A DNA stretch of 64,000 nucleotides from Octopus sinensis (Eukaryota): positions 59,623 through 123,622 of the forward strand of contig NW_021832861.1 in assembly GCF_006345805.1 (NCBI RefSeq), written 5' to 3'. The position numbers and the translations under genes are program-made. Below the pieces are notes generated by a model that ran no database searches, was not told the DNA's origin, and saw only the letters and a program-made list of their open reading frames with translations. Below, one piece after another: positions 51,043 through 64,000 of the stretch; positions within the stretch are counted from its first letter, which is position 1; each line of letters opens with the position of its first letter.

Positions 51043-51315
51043 AAAGACCCCCTTCGGTCACGACACAGACCATGGGATTGCACCTAGAAAGTTCCCCGCC
51101 GAAGCACAAGTCCGGCCAGGGCTGTTTATGGAAGAAAAACAGTCGCCCATGCATACCAGCCTCTCCTCTCCAGGCCCCCGATGTTATCCAAGGGAACTGG
51201 AGCAACGTGAAATAAAGAAGGCAAACCAACACACACAGCCCGGTCCGGGAATCGAACTCACTATCTCATGATTGTGACTCACACACTCTAACCACTGAAC
51301 CAAACGCCTTCACGT
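51040..51315 (-). mobile_element. Family-3 SINE
   Basis: Reverse-complement similarity to 30505-30830. Confidence 0.65.
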
Positions 51316-51318
51316 ATG

Positions 51319-51370
<52 letters not shown>

Positions 51371-51425
51371 CACACTCAGACATGCACAAACACACAAACA
51401 CACAACACACACACATACACACACA

Positions 51426-51484
<59 letters not shown>

Positions 51485-51606
51485 GTAATAATAATAACCC
51501 AAGGATAGGGTTTCATAAATATTTTAATGTATTGCTGCAAGGCGTTACCCGGCATAATAACATAGAAGCTTTTATGTATGCACTGAAAGATGTCTCTTGT
51601 AAACGA

Positions 51607-51654
<48 letters not shown>

Positions 51655-51886
51655 TAATCCAAGCGTGAAAACACAAAGAGAAAACACAACAACGCGAGGA
51701 CGTGGAACAAGTATAGTATTATTGGACGCTCAGGGAAGAAGGAAAGAAGGAGGGTTCAATGTTTCGAGCGGAGCTCTTCGTCAGAAACATAGGAAAAGGA
51801 AAGATCCAAAGAAGGGAAGACAGAATAAAAAAAAATCGCCTGCGGTACACACGCGGTCACATTTTTGTGATATATATATCTATATA

Positions 51887-51946
<60 letters not shown>

Positions 51947-51964
51947 ATATGTATATTTGTATGT

Positions 51965-52745
51965 ATGTACATGGTCTGATCAATAAGTATATGGATTGTC
52001 GCCATAGTAACGAAGCTAAAGTATACAGAGTGAAGCCACTTGGCACAGATTCATCTTGAACTCTGCTGTGCATGCGCATTGAGTTTTAACGTTTTATTTC
52101 TCTTCCACTGTTTACAGAAGTGCTTGGATGGAACGTGTGTAGCGTGTGACCTTCGCATTTAACATGAGAGAGAAAGTTGGACAGAGAATCTGCATCAAAT
52201 TTTGTCAAAAGCTTCGTAATACCTGGTGAGAAGCCTACGCAAGGTTTTCAAACAGTTTTCATCGTTCTCGGCACAATCGAAGACACGTGTCTCATACCCA
52301 AATCTTCAATGATAATGGACTGAACGGAACCGTAGCTAATCTGCACATCCCCTGACAACTCATGGATGGTGATCCGACGATTTCCTCTCACAACTGGACT
52401 TACATATGCGAGGTTTTGCTCAGTTCTACTGGTTGCGGGTCTTCGAGAACTTTCGTCAATATCGACATTTTTTCGGCCACCTTGGAAACGTCTGAACCAC
52501 TCGTACACTTGTGTGCGGCTCATACACTCCTCTCCATACTCTTTCAGCAACTTTGCGTAGGCCTCTGAGCAGGTATGCCATGACAACGTTCTCTGTCATG
52601 GTCAATGCGACGATCACACGCTACACACCTTCCTTCCAAACACTACTGTAAACTGTGGAAGTAAGCTAGAACGTTAAGACTTAGTGCGCATGCACAACAG
52701 AGTTCAACGTTAATCTTTGCTAATCGGCAAAGGGTCAAAACAGCT
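51965..52745. mobile_element. Second copy of the inverted-arm mariner derivative (opposite orientation to 40500-41357)
   Basis: TIR TACATGGTCTGATCAATAAGTA; reverse ORF 52248-52586 (LLKEYGEECMSRTQVYEWFRRFQGGR). Confidence 0.8.
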
Positions 52746-52789
52746 AGTAGTAGTAGTAGTAGTAGTAGTATATAAATAGAATAGAAAGT

Positions 52790-53153
52790 ACCAGATAATT
52801 GACTTTACAGTCCCAAATGATGAAAAATTGAAATGAAGGGGTATATAAAAAATAGCAAAGTGCTGATACCTTGAATTACAAAGTCTATGGAAAGTGCGGA
52901 CAAAATGTATCCCAGCAGATATAGGTGCATTGGGAACTATCCCTAAAGATTTAAATTGATGGATAGAGGAAATTGGTATGAAACCCAGTTTAGTACAGCT
53001 GCAGAAAAGATTGTTATTAGGGACAGCTAGAATACTTAGGAGGGCTCTTGCCATGTAAGGTAACCCAGTAGGAGGGTTCTTGGGATCTAAGGTTGCCTGT
53101 TGTAGGCTGATGTTAGGATTATTTTCCTTTCCAACAGTCTAATCTGTTGAGTG

Positions 53154-53219
<66 letters not shown>

Positions 53220-53600
53220 AAGAATAAGGAAGCCGGACATAGTCTTAATTGAGGAAGAAAGCAAACGATGCTGCATCATATCATGCCCAGCTGATAACAA
53301 GGTATGCGATAAGGAAGAAACAAAAATTGAGAGATATGACAGGTTAGCTTGGGAGGTTAAACAGTTGTGGTCAATGATAAAGGTAACAGTAGTACCAATA
53401 ATTGTCGGAGCCCTGGGAACAGTGAGCGAAAATCTCGAGAAGTACGTGGAACAAATAGGGGCACTTGCAGAAAACAGCACTGCATGGAACCGCTCGAATA
53501 CTCCGGAAGGTGCTCGAAAATAAGAGGTATTACCTTAGTTCCCTGGTAGTGAGCATCTGACACTGTAGTACATCTCTGGCGTCAGAAGCTGTGCAAAGGC

Positions 53601-53634
<34 letters not shown>

Positions 53635-54330
53635 TAATAATAATAATAATAATAATAATGAATATCTGGGCAGTTGCGGTGGTCAAAGATAGTGCGTCAT
53701 CCTGAAATGGACTAAGGAGGAAATATCAACAATGGATAGAAGGACGAGAAAGTTGATGACGCTGCATAGTGTGCTACACCCTAAAGCAAGCGTAAACAGA
53801 CTGTATATGAAAAGAAAGAATGGTGGCAGAGGACTAATTAGTATAGGCAATTGTATAAGGAGTGAAAAGGGAACGCTTGCCAAGTATTTGACAGTGATGA
53901 AGACCTGCAATATACCGCGAAAGATATGGGTGTAAATGCAGATGAAATGATGGGCAAGGAAGATTTTAACAAAAGAGCAGAGGAGAAGAGAAAAGAAGGC
54001 CTACTTGAAATGAGAATACCTGGACAGTTAGAAAGGAATACACAGGACGTTAAGGATAATACAGTATCTTCATTGGTTCTTATGCCATAAATGCTAAGAC
54101 GAAGTAAAAGAGAACTGGTATGAACATGTACCAAGTAAAGTTATGCAGGAAGATGGAAAAGTAACGATACTCTGGGGCTATGATTTTGAGACGGATCGTT
54201 TAATCAAACACCATTGGCCGGATATTGTCATATTGAATTAGGGAGACAAATACTGTCATATCATTGATGTAGCCATACCAAATGACATGGATGTTGTGAG
54301 TAAAGAGGTTGAAAAAAATCACCAAGTACT
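52790..54330 (+). mobile_element. Several RLE-type LINE (R4/Dong/HERO-like) fragments interleaved with (AAT)n tracts
   Basis: KPDIVLIEE..EETKIERYDRLAWEVKQLWSM..VPIIVGALG; IGALGTIP..LGTARILRRAL; RKTRKLMTLHSVLHPKASVNRLYMKRKNGGRGLISI; PDIVI..IIDVAIP. Confidence 0.8.
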
Positions 54331-54344
54331 CCGAATTTTTATTT

Positions 54345-54570
54345 CTTTATTGCTCACAGGGAACTAAACATAGAGGGGACAAACAAGGACAGACAAGAGG
54401 ATTAAGTCGATTGCATCGACCCCAATGATTAACTGGTACTTATTTAATCGACCCCGAAAGGATGAAAGGTAAAGTCGGCCTCGGCGGAATTTGAACTCAG
54501 AACGTAACGTCAGACGAAATATCGCTAAGGATTTCGCCCAGCGTGCTAACGATTCTGCTAACTCAGCGAC
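54345..54570 (-). mobile_element. Family-1 SINE
   Basis: Reverse head/core/tail. Confidence 0.8.
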
Positions 54571-55375
54571 TTAACAACAACAACAACAATAATAATAATA
54601 ATAATAATAGCTTCTACTTTTGGTACATCAACTCCAGTGATTAAGAGGTACTTTATTTTATCGGCCACGAATACATAGAAAGTAAACGTGACATTTAGCC
54701 TTCGGTCACCTCACGATTCACGAATTCGACCAGAACGCTGCCTTTAAATTATAGTTGCTCAATAATCTCAAGACCAGAAAAAATTGGAGTGAGTCGATTG
54801 CAGCAATCACAGCCAGTTGATTGATGTTCGATCTCATCGATTCTCCGAAACAATAAAAAGAAAAAGATGACTCTAAACGGGTTCGAACTCGGTATGTAAA
54901 GAGTCGAGCAAATACCGAAAAGGAAAATTTATCAGAAGCTTTCCCGGTTTTGCCAATTCATTAAACAATGGCTAATCAATATTTGTTTTATTCATTCTAG
55001 TTTGAATTATAAGTTTGCTTTCATCTTTCAAGTGTCGAATCGTGTCCGTACATTACTAAGACACGCATGCATGTCCTTAAATGTAACGTGTGCACATGTT
55101 CACTAGTCGACACACAGACACACTTTCTCTCTCTCTCTCTCAACACACACATAGGCACACATACACAGACACGGGCACATACACACATATATACATACAT
55201 AGAGAGGGTCGGATATACACGGATATACGAATATTCACATACCTAGATCTACGTTCACCAAGGAATACATCGACTCTACGACGAAGTATTGCATTCATGT
55301 GTGCGTGTACACACACACACACATACACACCCACACACATACACACCCACACACATACACACCCACACACATACA

Positions 55376-55419
<44 letters not shown>

Positions 55420-55544
55420 CACAAAACAGATATATAAATATACACATCCACATGTATGCATGAATTTATGTGTGTATGGATATATGTATGTACATATATA
55501 TGTATATATATGTATATATATATATATATATATGTATATATTGA

Positions 55545-55692
55545 AGGCGCAGGAGTGGCTGTGTGGTAAGTAGCTTGTTTACCAACCACGGGTTCAGTCC
55601 CATTGCGTGGCACCTTTGGCAAGTGTCTTCTTCTATAGCCTCAGGCCTACCAAAGCCTTGTGAGTGGATTTGGTAGGCGGAAACTGAAAGAA

Positions 55693-55747
<55 letters not shown>

Positions 55748-55960
55748 ATTTGTATGTTTGTGTTTGTCCCCCTAGCATTGCTTGACAACCGATGCTGGTG
55801 TGTTTATGTCCCCGTTACTTAGCGGTTCGGCAAAAAGAGACCGATAGAATAAGTACTGGGCTTACAAAAGAATAAGTCCCGGGGTCGAGTTGCTCGATTA
55901 AAGGCGGTGCTCCAGCATGGCCGCAGTCAAATGACTGAAACAAGTAAAAGAGTAAAGAGA
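55545..55960 (+). mobile_element. tRNA-derived SINE (family 2) with internal (TA)n/(TG)n
   Basis: GGCGCAGGAGTGGCTGTGTGGTAAG..GGGTTCAGTCCC head and GGCGGTGCTCCAGCATGGCCGCAGTCAAATGACTGAAACAAG tail. Partial copies at ~23780-24090, 32640-32830 and 59730-60410. Confidence 0.8.
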
Positions 55961-56495
55961 GTATTGAAGTGTAGACGGCATTTTCTGTTGCCCCTTCGCC
56001 GTTCTCAAAAATAGCGTTCATATACTTTATCTCGTTCGGATTAACAGCCCTTCTTGTCTTGTTATTCTCCTTGTCCTGTCTTTTACTGTTTATATTTTGT
56101 ACTGTCGTTACTGTCCTGTTTTTGTTACCATTTTTACTCCTCCGCAAAAAGATCTCAAGTTTTATTTTGCTTTCCGCGGGAAGGAAAGTTTCTATCGAAG
56201 ATGCGTATCGCCCTCACCTTCGAAACGCAGAGTAGATGAAACCATGGCGACTGAAGAAGGAGAATTTTCCTTGTGTTATTTGTCCTGTACTCTATTTTTT
56301 CGTTGTTTAAGAAAAATGTCCAGTTCCTTGGTTTTGTGTTAATGTTTTCGTTTCTCATTGTGTTCGACGTTTTTTGGCGTCCTGTACCCATATATGTATG
56401 TATATATACATCTAGAGGTAGGTACGTACATATATGTATGTATATATGCATATGTTTTATTTATTAATTTATTATATATGTATATATATATATAT

Positions 56496-56551
<56 letters not shown>

Positions 56552-57577
56552 GTAATTGGTATTTATTAGTGGCAATTGCTGTCTTCAACATGAATTCCTT
56601 TTATGGAATTCTGACCCCTTTACCCCATTTCTACAATTAAAAATTCTTTATTGCTTCTAACCTTACAGCAGTCAGGAACAACCAAATCTTAGTCATTCAG
56701 TGGAGGGACTTCACTACTTCATATGTTCTTAAAATTTAAATCCACATCTTTGTCTATATATCTACCTTCTCTATAATGTTGCCACTTGATTTGAAAATTT
56801 TTGTATTAAGGGAAAACCTCTTTAATTGGCTGATGAGTACTCAGCATCTTAAATCTGTTGTAATACTTACAAGATTTAATAAAATGATGTAGTACGAAAC
56901 GATCGTACCAAATTACCGGAGACATTCTTGTTGCTTATTTTGATTATAATCACCCCACGGATTTTTATGGATAACACCATACAAAATTCTGGTGCATCTA
57001 AATTAAGTACCATATTCATTTGAATCTAAATTTTTGTTGAACTTTTATATATATATATATATATACACATGCACACATACACACATATAAATATATAGAT
57101 ATATGCATGTATATTTTGATATATTCTCCTCTGTCCATAAGAAAAATTAGCAACAACCGCTAAACCTTAACAACCACCTCGCCCAGAAATTAGAGGAACA
57201 TAAGTTTTTTAAAAAACCGGAAAATAAAAACAATGCCCAGAAAAACACAAAAATAACCAAAAATCGGCAACAACCCACTCACCTCTGCCCCCCCTCACAC
57301 ACAAGAAGAAAAACAAATAAGAGAAAACAACATAAAGTAATAAACAAATACGTCTTATGTGGAGATGAAACAACAACAACAACATCAGTAACAATACCAG
57401 TAACAAGAATAACAACAACAACAACAACAACAACAGGACAACATTATCAAGAATCGTTTCATGTTAAAAGGCCAGGCACACGTGCAACGCTCAGGTGTGA
57501 ATATATCAACACTTAATCTCAGGTGTTGTAGTGCCTCAACTACTTGTCGTCCCTTTCAAGAGCTGGCTCTTTGTCTC

Positions 57578-57628
<51 letters not shown>

Positions 57629-58242
57629 GTGTGTGTGTGTGTTGTGTGTGGTGTGTGTTATGGGTGTGTGTGTCTGTGTGTGTGTGTTTATGTATTTACA
57701 TACGTGTACCTGTGCATTTCATGTTTATCTTTGAAGATCAACTATTATGATTATCTGTATCATTTTTAACATAGTAGTTGCTGTTATTTTTTGCTGGTTT
57801 GGTCATTATCATATTATTATTATTATTATATTATTATTATTATTATTATTATTTTATATATTATTATTCTTATTATTATTATCATCATTGTGTATCATCA
57901 TTGTTAAGTATTGCTTGTGTGAAGTTTAGGGCGTGAAACAGATATGAAGGCCCGCGCATGTACGTAATTGTGTATGTAGTGTGCGTGCTATATATATACT
58001 ATATATAATACATATATATATATAATATATATATATACATAATATACATACACGTATATATTTATGTATATATAATAATATATATACATACATACATATA
58101 TATATATATAAAATATACGTGTATGTATTTATATATATGTATGTGTGGTATGTGTGTATATATATATATATATATACATATACACACCACACACACCATC
58201 TATATATATTATATATATTACATATAGCTATATATATAATGT

Positions 58243-58284
<42 letters not shown>

Positions 58285-58424
58285 ATATACTTATATTCAA
58301 TTACTTAGATGTAATACTTAAATGCATACATGTATGTATATATATATATTATATATATATATATAAATCCTTAAATCCTTAAAAATGTTTTAGCCCGAAG
58401 GCCGCGGCCATGCTGGGGCACCAC

Positions 58425-58960
58425 CGCTGAATGAGCTACACTAATATGTGAATCCACCTCTGATACGTGGCACTTGATCAACAAGGGAGTTCGATGCTGC
58501 TGCCCGCATCTGCGTCTCCTGTCGTGAGGTAGGTTCATCTGGGACTTCCGACAAGAAGAGAGATCCAGTTTAGTTTTAAAGAAACCCACATCCACACCAT
58601 GTAAGTCTCTTAGGCATTTAGGGAGGATGTTAAAGAGCTGTGGTCCTCTGAAACCCAAGCTGTTGCAGTATCTGGTCCTGTATTTTGATGGTGATGTTGG
58701 AATCTTTTGGCACCATGCAGTGGCGCCCCCGTTCTGCGGTTGGGGTAACTTTGAATGCCAAAGTTTGGGACAAGACTCTCCAAGATTTTCCAATGTATAT
58801 CACCGTATATCTCTCCCGCCTCCGCTCTAGGGAGAAGAGGTTTAATACTTTCAGTCTTTCCCAGTAGCTGATATTTTGCATTGAGACGATCTCTCTTGTC
58901 TAGCTTCTCTGATTGCTTCGAGTTCTGCTGTTAGTTTTTTATTGTTGGTGACCATAGCTG
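58425..58960 (-). mobile_element. 3' end of CR1/L2-group LINE
   Basis: SYWERLKVLNLFSLERRRERY..NSLGFRGPQLFNILPKCLRD..FKTKLD. Confidence 0.75.
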
Positions 58961-58968
58961 GGAGCACC

Positions 58969-59038
<70 letters not shown>

Positions 59039-59210
59039 TATATGAATGCATAAATGTATACATGTATATATGTGTGTATGTGTGTGTATGCGTAAGTATA
59101 CTACTGAAGCCGCTTAATGTGATCACTTTATTACTAAGCCTTTTCGTGACTGATTGTCTGATAACAATAAGAAGCGTCTTTAATAATTCAGAACATTCAT
59201 ATAGACACTG

Positions 59211-59578
59211 TTATTACCTCCCCCTTAGCGAATGTGAAGGTATTGTTTCCAGTAGTGTTTGTTTGTTTGTCCATGGACAAAATATCTCAAGAACTGCTGG
59301 ATGGATTCGGATGAAACTTTCAGTGATGTTTGGCCTTGTGACTGATACGAACTGTTTAGATTTTGGAATCGATCCGATACCGGACAAGGATTCTGGATTA
59401 TTTTAACTGTTTATTTTTACTTAATGCTTGAGAGCAGTTGGGTTCATCTTTAGTATTCTCATTTGTGAGAACAGTCGAGTTTATTTCAGATATTCTCATT
59501 TTAAAAATCATCTCCGGCTAATCGTTGAGAGGACTTTAGTGTTGCCTTGGTGGAGGTTTGCGCTCTCTGAGTGCCCTT
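59211..59578 (+). mobile_element. Helentron/HINE (DINE-1-like) non-autonomous element
   Basis: TTATTACCTCC start with matching GGAGGT subterminal inverted repeat near the end, GT-rich stretch, GATCCGATACCGGA..GGATT core. Call is by resemblance. Confidence 0.5.
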
Positions 59579-59887
59579 GTTACTATTTTTAGTTTTGTTG
59601 TAGTTGACGACTAAGTTAATCCTCCTTGAGCCGATTAAACGCTTAGCAATAATCCCGACCCTTATAGAGAGGAAGTTTGTATTTATGACCACGTTGCCTA
59701 AAGTGTCTCTACATTTCTTTAAGCATTGGTGCATGCGTAGCTGTGTGGTATGAAGATTGCTTCCCAGCCACGTGATTCCGGGTTCAGTCCCACTGCGTGG
59801 TACCTTGGACAAGTGTCTTCTACTATAGCTGCAGGTAAACCAAAGCCTTGTGAGTGGATTTGGTACACGGAAACTGAAAGAAGTCAA

Positions 59888-60120
59888 GGCGGCGAGGTGG
59901 GAGAAACGTTAACACACCGGACGAAATGCTTAGCGGTATTTCGTCTGCCGTTACGTTCTGAGTTCAAATTCCGCCGAGGTCGGCTTTGCCTTTCATCCTT
60001 TCGGGGTCGATAAATTAAGTACCAGTTACGTACTGGGGTCGATGTAATCGACGTAATCCGTTTGTCTGTCTTTGTTTGTCCTCTCCATGTTTATTGCCTT
60101 GTGGGCAATAAAGAAATAGG
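59888..60120 (+). mobile_element. Family-1 SINE nested in a family-2 SINE
   Basis: The family-2 sequence GGAAACTGAAAGAAGTC flanks it on both sides (59869 and 60119). Confidence 0.75.
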
Positions 60121-61349
60121 AAACTGAAAGAAGTCTGTCATAAATGTTTGTGTGTGGTTGTATTTGTGTGTGTCTGTGCGTGTGTTTGTATGTGTAAAAG
60201 AGAGAGAGAGAGAGCGTGAGTTTGTCCTCTGCTACAGCTTGACAACCAGTGTTTGTGTGTTTATGCTCTCGTAACTTAGTGACTCGGCAAAATAGACCAA
60301 TATAATTAGAACCAGTTTTGAAATAAAAGTACTGTTGTCGATTTATTCGACCAAAATTCTTCAAGGCGTTGCACCAGCATGGCCGCAGTCTGATGACAGA
60401 ATCAAATAACAGATAATAGATATTATGGTGGAATTTGAGGAAGATGTTGTGATTATTTCTAGCGCGTCTAGCGACCACGTAAATATGTTGGTTTCTGTCT
60501 CGTACCTACCAATGTTTCCCAGCATTCACCACGTTCCAAGGGAACAAAATGAACAAATGTCTCGCAAAGCCTGTAAAAGTTATATATAAACCCCTGACCC
60601 TTGATGTAGCCAAAAAAAAAAAAGGTAATAAATGTAAATAAAACAATATTCCGTGTTTGCGGCCGAGTGGGAAGGGGAGGCCAGACGTACGACCTCGTGA
60701 TTAACTCGGGAAAGCTGCAAATATCAGACAGGCAAGCAAGACGAGCAGGAAAAGCAGGCAGGCGGGCGGTTTGGCCAGTAAATATAGAAGAAGCGAGTTT
60801 CTTGCGCTAGCAAAATGTCTCCCGTAAAAACAATAAACAAAAAATATAAATTAAACGAGCAAGAAAGGAAAGCAACAAAAATGTCGGAAAGGGCGAAAGT
60901 ACGACGAGAAGGTCGCTCAATAAAAACAACAATCTCAATTGGTCACGTCAAATAAAACAGAAATGAAACTATCAAAGCAATGCTATAATGTTTTTGTTTA
61001 CCGCGACACACAGACACACGCATAACAAAGACACAACACACGTTATATCTTGCTAATTCTCTTACATTTCCCCCGAAACACTGCGTCCATAAATTTTATT
61101 TCCGCCATCTTTAAATCTTTCTTTCTCGCTCTCCTCCCACTCTCTCTCTCACAGTCCCTCTCTTCTTTCCTATCTTTCTTTCTTTCCCCTTTCCTTCTCT
61201 CAGTCTTCGGGTATCTTTCTCTCACTCTTTCTCTGCCTCTCATCTCTCTTCCTTTCTCTTAAACATTATCACAATCGCTCAGTCTTTTTCATCAATTTAT
61301 CGACGGCCCTGTACACACACCAACTCACACATACACACACACATATATT

Positions 61350-61397
<48 letters not shown>

Positions 61398-61619
61398 TTA
61401 TATATATATATATATGTATAATATATACATTACATATATATATATATGTATATATAATATATATATATATATATACATTTATATGTATGTAGGTATGTAT
61501 GTATCTCTCTGTACATGTGTGAATCCCCCTGTCTTCCAGTTTCTCAATTCAATTTTAGCACCTTTAAATGACTTCGTAATCGCCATTGGAGTTGGCTTCA
61601 TCAGCATCACAACTGCATA

Positions 61620-61939
61620 CCTCTTCCCTCTCCTCCTCCTCATCTTCTTCTTCTTTTTCTTCTTCTCCAACTCCTCAGCCTCCTACTCCTCCTCGTTCTA
61701 TTCCTTCACTTCCTCCCCCTTCCCCCTCTTTATGCCTCTCCCCCTCCTCATCCTCACATCACCTGTCTCCTCCTCCCCTCCTCTTCCTTCTTTTCTCCTA
61801 TTCCCCTCCACTCCCCTTCCTCCCCTCCTTCCCCCCTTCCCCTTTCTCCTATATTCATCTTCCTCTTCCACCAACTCTTCCTTCATCTTTTCCTCCTCGT
61901 CTTCGTCTTCCTCCTCCTCACCCTTACCACCATCCTCAC

Positions 61940-61983
<44 letters not shown>

Positions 61984-62289
61984 CCATCACCACCATCATC
62001 ATCATCATCGTCGTCTTTCCGCTGGTGATGGTCAGCGCCGCCATCTTCGTTGACGTTTCCCGCCAAACCACCTCAACATCTCTTTTCCCTCACCCCGCCT
62101 TACCACCACCACCACCACCGCCGCCGCCGCCGCCGCCGCCTCCTGCCGCCGTTCGTTTTAGTACCTCTTAGATCAGCGATAAATATGTGAGACGCTGTTA
62201 AATGCAAATCAAAGTCGACTATTCTGGAAGACAGGCGTGTAGACCTGTCTCCGTGATATATCGGAAGGACAAGCATAAAAATACATACG

Positions 62290-62344
<55 letters not shown>

Positions 62345-62981
62345 CATACATACATACATACTTACATACATACTTGCATACATACATATATATATACATA
62401 CGTGCATACATGCATACATACATGCATACATACATGCATACATACATACGTGCATACACACATGGATACATACATACATAAATACGTGCATACATACATA
62501 CATGCATACATACATATAGACATACATACGTGCATACATATTTGCATACATACATGCATACTTCCAAACTTAAATACATATTGTACTATACATACATCCA
62601 TACTTTCATACATACATACATATATATATACACATACTTGCATACATACATACTATACTTACATTCATACGTTCATACACGCATACATTCATACATACAT
62701 ACATACATACATACACACACACATACATACATACATACATACATACATACATACATACATACATACATACGTACATACATACATGCATACGTGCATACAT
62801 ACACGCATACATACATACGTACATACGTCCGTACATATATAAATACATACGTACATAGTATGTACATACATACATGCATACATACATACACACACTTATA
62901 TAAGTATATTTACATATACGTTCACAAACACTCACATATATATATATGTGTGTATATTTGTATATATGTGTATATTTCTAG

Positions 62982-63025
<44 letters not shown>

Positions 63026-63215
63026 TTACATACATGCCTCTATGAGTGTGTGTGCGTGTGTGTGCTCGCTTTGGAGTGTGTGTGTGCTTGTTTTGTGTTT
63101 ATGTGTCTATGTATACACGATTGCACACTGACGGACAAACGCACATATCCATCCATCCATCCATCCATCCATCCATCCATCCATCCATCCATCCATCCAT
63201 CCATCCATCCATCTA
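61620..63215. repeat. Low-complexity block: (CCT/CAT)n, (CATA)n, (TA)n, (ATCC)n
   Basis: Direct reading. Confidence 0.95.
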
Positions 63216-64000
63216 GCCAGCCAGCCACTCAGCCATAGGTATAGCTATTTCCCTTTAATTGCATAATCTGTTTATTCGCATATTTTTTTGAAACGTCAAA
63301 CTCTTTGCATCAATTGTATTTAAAACCAGTCGGTTAATAGCGTATTGATTTAAAATCAGTTTCGCTTAACTGCATACACTTGGCATTTGTTGTTTTGAAA
63401 ATTCTCTGTAAAGAATTAGCAAAATTTAGCCGAAAACCGAGCATTTGATTCCAGTGATCCAAGATGGCTATGTTACCATGATGAGCCGTCAATACTTCAT
63501 GGCAGCAATTAACCAATTCCATAAAAAATTCAATATATTCACATCGCCGAGGCCGACTTTGCCTTTGATCCTTTCGGGGTCGATAAATTAAATACCAGTT
63601 GTGTACTGGGGTTGATCTAATATTGGGCCTTTTGCCTTGTGCCTTGTGTAGAAAAGAATATATTCACATTATTAAGGAACTTACGGGGAACAGATTCGCT
63701 TGTACCATTTTATTCATTTCGTTTTAATCGTGCAAATAGAATTCTTCAGTTATTGTAGCATAGTTGAATGGGTAGGAAGTTTGCTTTGCAACATCGAGGC
63801 CCATGGTTCGATCTCACTTCGGAGAATCTCGGGCAAATCTCTTCTATTTATTTATACGGCCACACGTAACAAAGAAAAAAAAAAGCACTGAACTGTCACG
63901 TGATGTGTCGTGTAAGTTCTGTCTTAGAATTAATTAAGCGCAGACATTTGAGTGAAATTGGTTAGATGGAAACTGTTGGGAAGCCTGTCCGGTGGGTTGT

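Overview
AT-rich, microsatellite-dense eukaryotic DNA. Its SINE families suggest an octopod cephalopod (inference from recalled repeat sequences). Positions 1-12220 hold the main signal: a head-to-tail array with no rDNA, made of two interleaved unit types (B0-A1-B1-A2-A3). B units are decayed R2-clade-like retrotransposons (3 zinc fingers, Myb, RT, RLE nuclease). A units are ~1.65 kb ORF-less paralogues carrying the same ordered set of RNA structure modules as the B UTRs, with compensatory base changes. The shared modules are twin TTATGA/TGGATGCA internal loops, an HDV-ribozyme-like core, an H-type pseudoknot, a K-turn closing oligo(U) loops and an invariant GTGGGACCACCCAC hairpin. This looks like a non-rDNA, possibly self-targeting R2-like retroelement paired with a large structured non-coding partner RNA. 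The rest of the window is TE debris (Tx1/L1, pogo, mariner/Tc1, R4/HERO-like, CR1, MITE, Helentron-like), many tRNA-derived SINEs, microsatellites and one 654-aa orphan ORF (25188-27152). Structures were read by eye; no folding or database search was run.
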